Origin: Basidiobolus meristosporus CBS 931.73 | Taxonomy: Eukaryota > Fungi > Basidiobolomycota | Direction of reading: 5' to 3' | Assembly (NCBI GenBank): GCA_002104905.1 | Contig: MCFE01000059.1 | Location: 62,001-126,000 of the forward strand | Length of the DNA stretch: 64,000 nucleotides | In this document: one piece after another, positions 62,463-64,000 of the stretch | How the letters are laid out: each line of letters opens with the position of its first letter | Numbering within the stretch: position 1 is the first letter of the stretch | Position numbers and translations under genes: made by a program | The notes under the pieces: generated by a model | Seen by the model: only the letters and a program-made list of their open reading frames with translations | Told to the model about the DNA's origin: nothing | Database searches by the model: none

Positions 62463-63956
62463 ATGTCTGTCACCCAAGCGGAGTTACCGTTAAATGCAAG
62501 CTGTCGGAAATCTTCGACATCCTCTTTGCGAGAAACAGTAGATTCTCCTGCAGCCTGGCTAGTCTTGTACTTCTTCTTCAACCTCGGCCTGACCCTATAC
62601 AACAAAGCGGTGATGCAGCTATTCGACTTTGGCTTCCCCTGGACCCTCACCGGGATACACACTTTGTTCGGGGCTGTCGGCTCGTATCTCCTTTATCTAT
62701 TCGGAGTGTTCAAGCCCAGGAAGCTAGGGGAGAGAGAGAGCACGGTGATGCTCGCCTTTTCAGTGCTATATACCCTCAACATTGCCATCAGCAATGTATC
62801 ACTGTAAGTAGCAGTCCATGATTACTCATGCCCATTAGTGGAGTGTAGTGTAGTGTAGTGTAGAGGAGCATAGCTGGGGTGAGAGTGAGTGGTAGAGCGT
62901 AGCGTTGGTGACGATGAATGCCAGCGTAGCAGAGCAATACATGTATATATGAGCAGTACTAACCAAGGGATATTCTCCTTTTCTATGACACCTCCGCTGA
63001 CGACAATCATGCAGCCATCTTGTCACAGTTCCGGTAGGTTCAAGTCCATGATACTCGCTGAATGCCAGGACTAGTGGAGTTGCTGGTTCGGCTTGAGTGA
63101 TGATGAGAGAAGCGAGTACTAAACGAGACCCGTTTGTTCATTTCGATTCTAGTTTCATCAAGTAGTCAGAGCAATGACACCACTGTTCACCATTGGATTG
63201 TCAGTAGCCTTCTTCAAGATCACCTACTCAAAGATGACCTATATCTCACTGTTGCCGGTAAGTGAATACTTTCTATGAACAGAGTATCGATGTAGGAAGA
63301 GAGAGAAGAGGGGGGGGAGGCTAATTTTGTGGCGAGGTGGTCTGAAGGGCCGAGCATTCTGATGGATGGGGAGAGGCGATTCTGACCACCAAGGCCACAT
63401 TGAAGACAGATTAGAAGCGATTGGATTGTTCATATGGTCATGGACTGACGAGAGACTTGTCTGGGCATTTGTAGGTGATTTTTGGCGTAGCGTTTGCCAC
63501 ATTCGGGGACTACTACTTCACTGGAATGGGATTCTTCCTGACGATACTCGGCACGTTGCTTGCAGCGATCAAGACGGTGGTCACCAACAAGGTACAGACG
63601 AGTGGACTGAAGTTGCATCCATTGGACCTGCTGTACCGGATGTCGCCCTTGGCCTGTATGCAGACCATCATGTATGCCTACATGACTGGCGAGCTGGAGG
63701 CGGTGAGCATCTTTGTCCGCACCGAGATGAGCTGGCCACTGGTGATTGCACTCGCGGTGAACGGAGTGATTGCCTTTTTCTTGAACGTGGTCAGCTTCAC
63801 TGCGAACAAGAAGACCTCGGCGTTGACCATGACGGTTGCAGGGAACGTGAAGCAAGTGTTGTCGATTGTGTTGGCCGTGACCATATTCAACCTTGACATC
63901 TCGGCGATGAATGGACTAGGGATCTTCTTGACACTGTTTGGAGGCTGTTGGTACAC
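62463..63956 (+). CDS. Triose-phosphate/nucleotide-sugar transporter (TPT, DMT superfamily); exons 62463-62803, 63015-63033, 63153-63257, 63475-63956; last exon beyond the window
   Basis: The spliced product reads NIAISNVSL-HLVTVP-FHQVVRAMTPLFT...VIFGVAFATFGD...ANKKTSALTMTVAGNVKQ. All introns are GT-AG with branch-point-like motifs (TACTAAC ~62957, TACTAAA ~63117, GACTGAC ~63443). Confidence 0.93.
62842..62863. repeat. (AGTGT)4 microsatellite in intron 1 of the transporter gene
   Basis: AGTGTAGTGTAGTGTAGTGTAG. Confidence 0.85.
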
Positions 63957-64000
63957 GTAAGTAGCCATGATATGGATAGCTGGGTGTGAGAGGGCTCGAG

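Noticed and set aside
1-64000. Assigning a species or any RNA gene
   Set aside because: Intron and TE types indicate a fungus but not which one. No tRNA, rRNA or snRNA fold was recognised; the tRNA matches are only primer-binding sites.

Overview
Eukaryotic, intron-containing, fungal-type DNA. About 1-56.6 kb is a densely nested, almost CpG-free transposon graveyard. It holds two Ty1/copia families, three Ty3/gypsy families, a CMC/EnSpm (CACTA-type) DNA transposon family with CCCTATGAAAAA termini and two divergent ORFs, and a PIF/Harbinger-like (DDE_Tnp_4) family with AGACTTGTT termini, including ~730-bp fold-back derivatives. From ~57.4 kb CpG content recovers and host genes appear: a tubby/LURP-like ORF, a multi-exon TPT-family transporter that runs off the window end, and less certain spliced ORFs. 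The best leads are a full copia followed by an exact second primer-binding site, within-copy homogenisation of fold-back arms, repeated Harbinger-family insertions into the CMC transposase gene, the head-to-head accessory ORF of the CMC element, an extra ORF after pol in one gypsy, and CpG-specific hypermutation with a sharp border. All alignments were done by eye, boundaries marked ~ are approximate, and no database searches were run.
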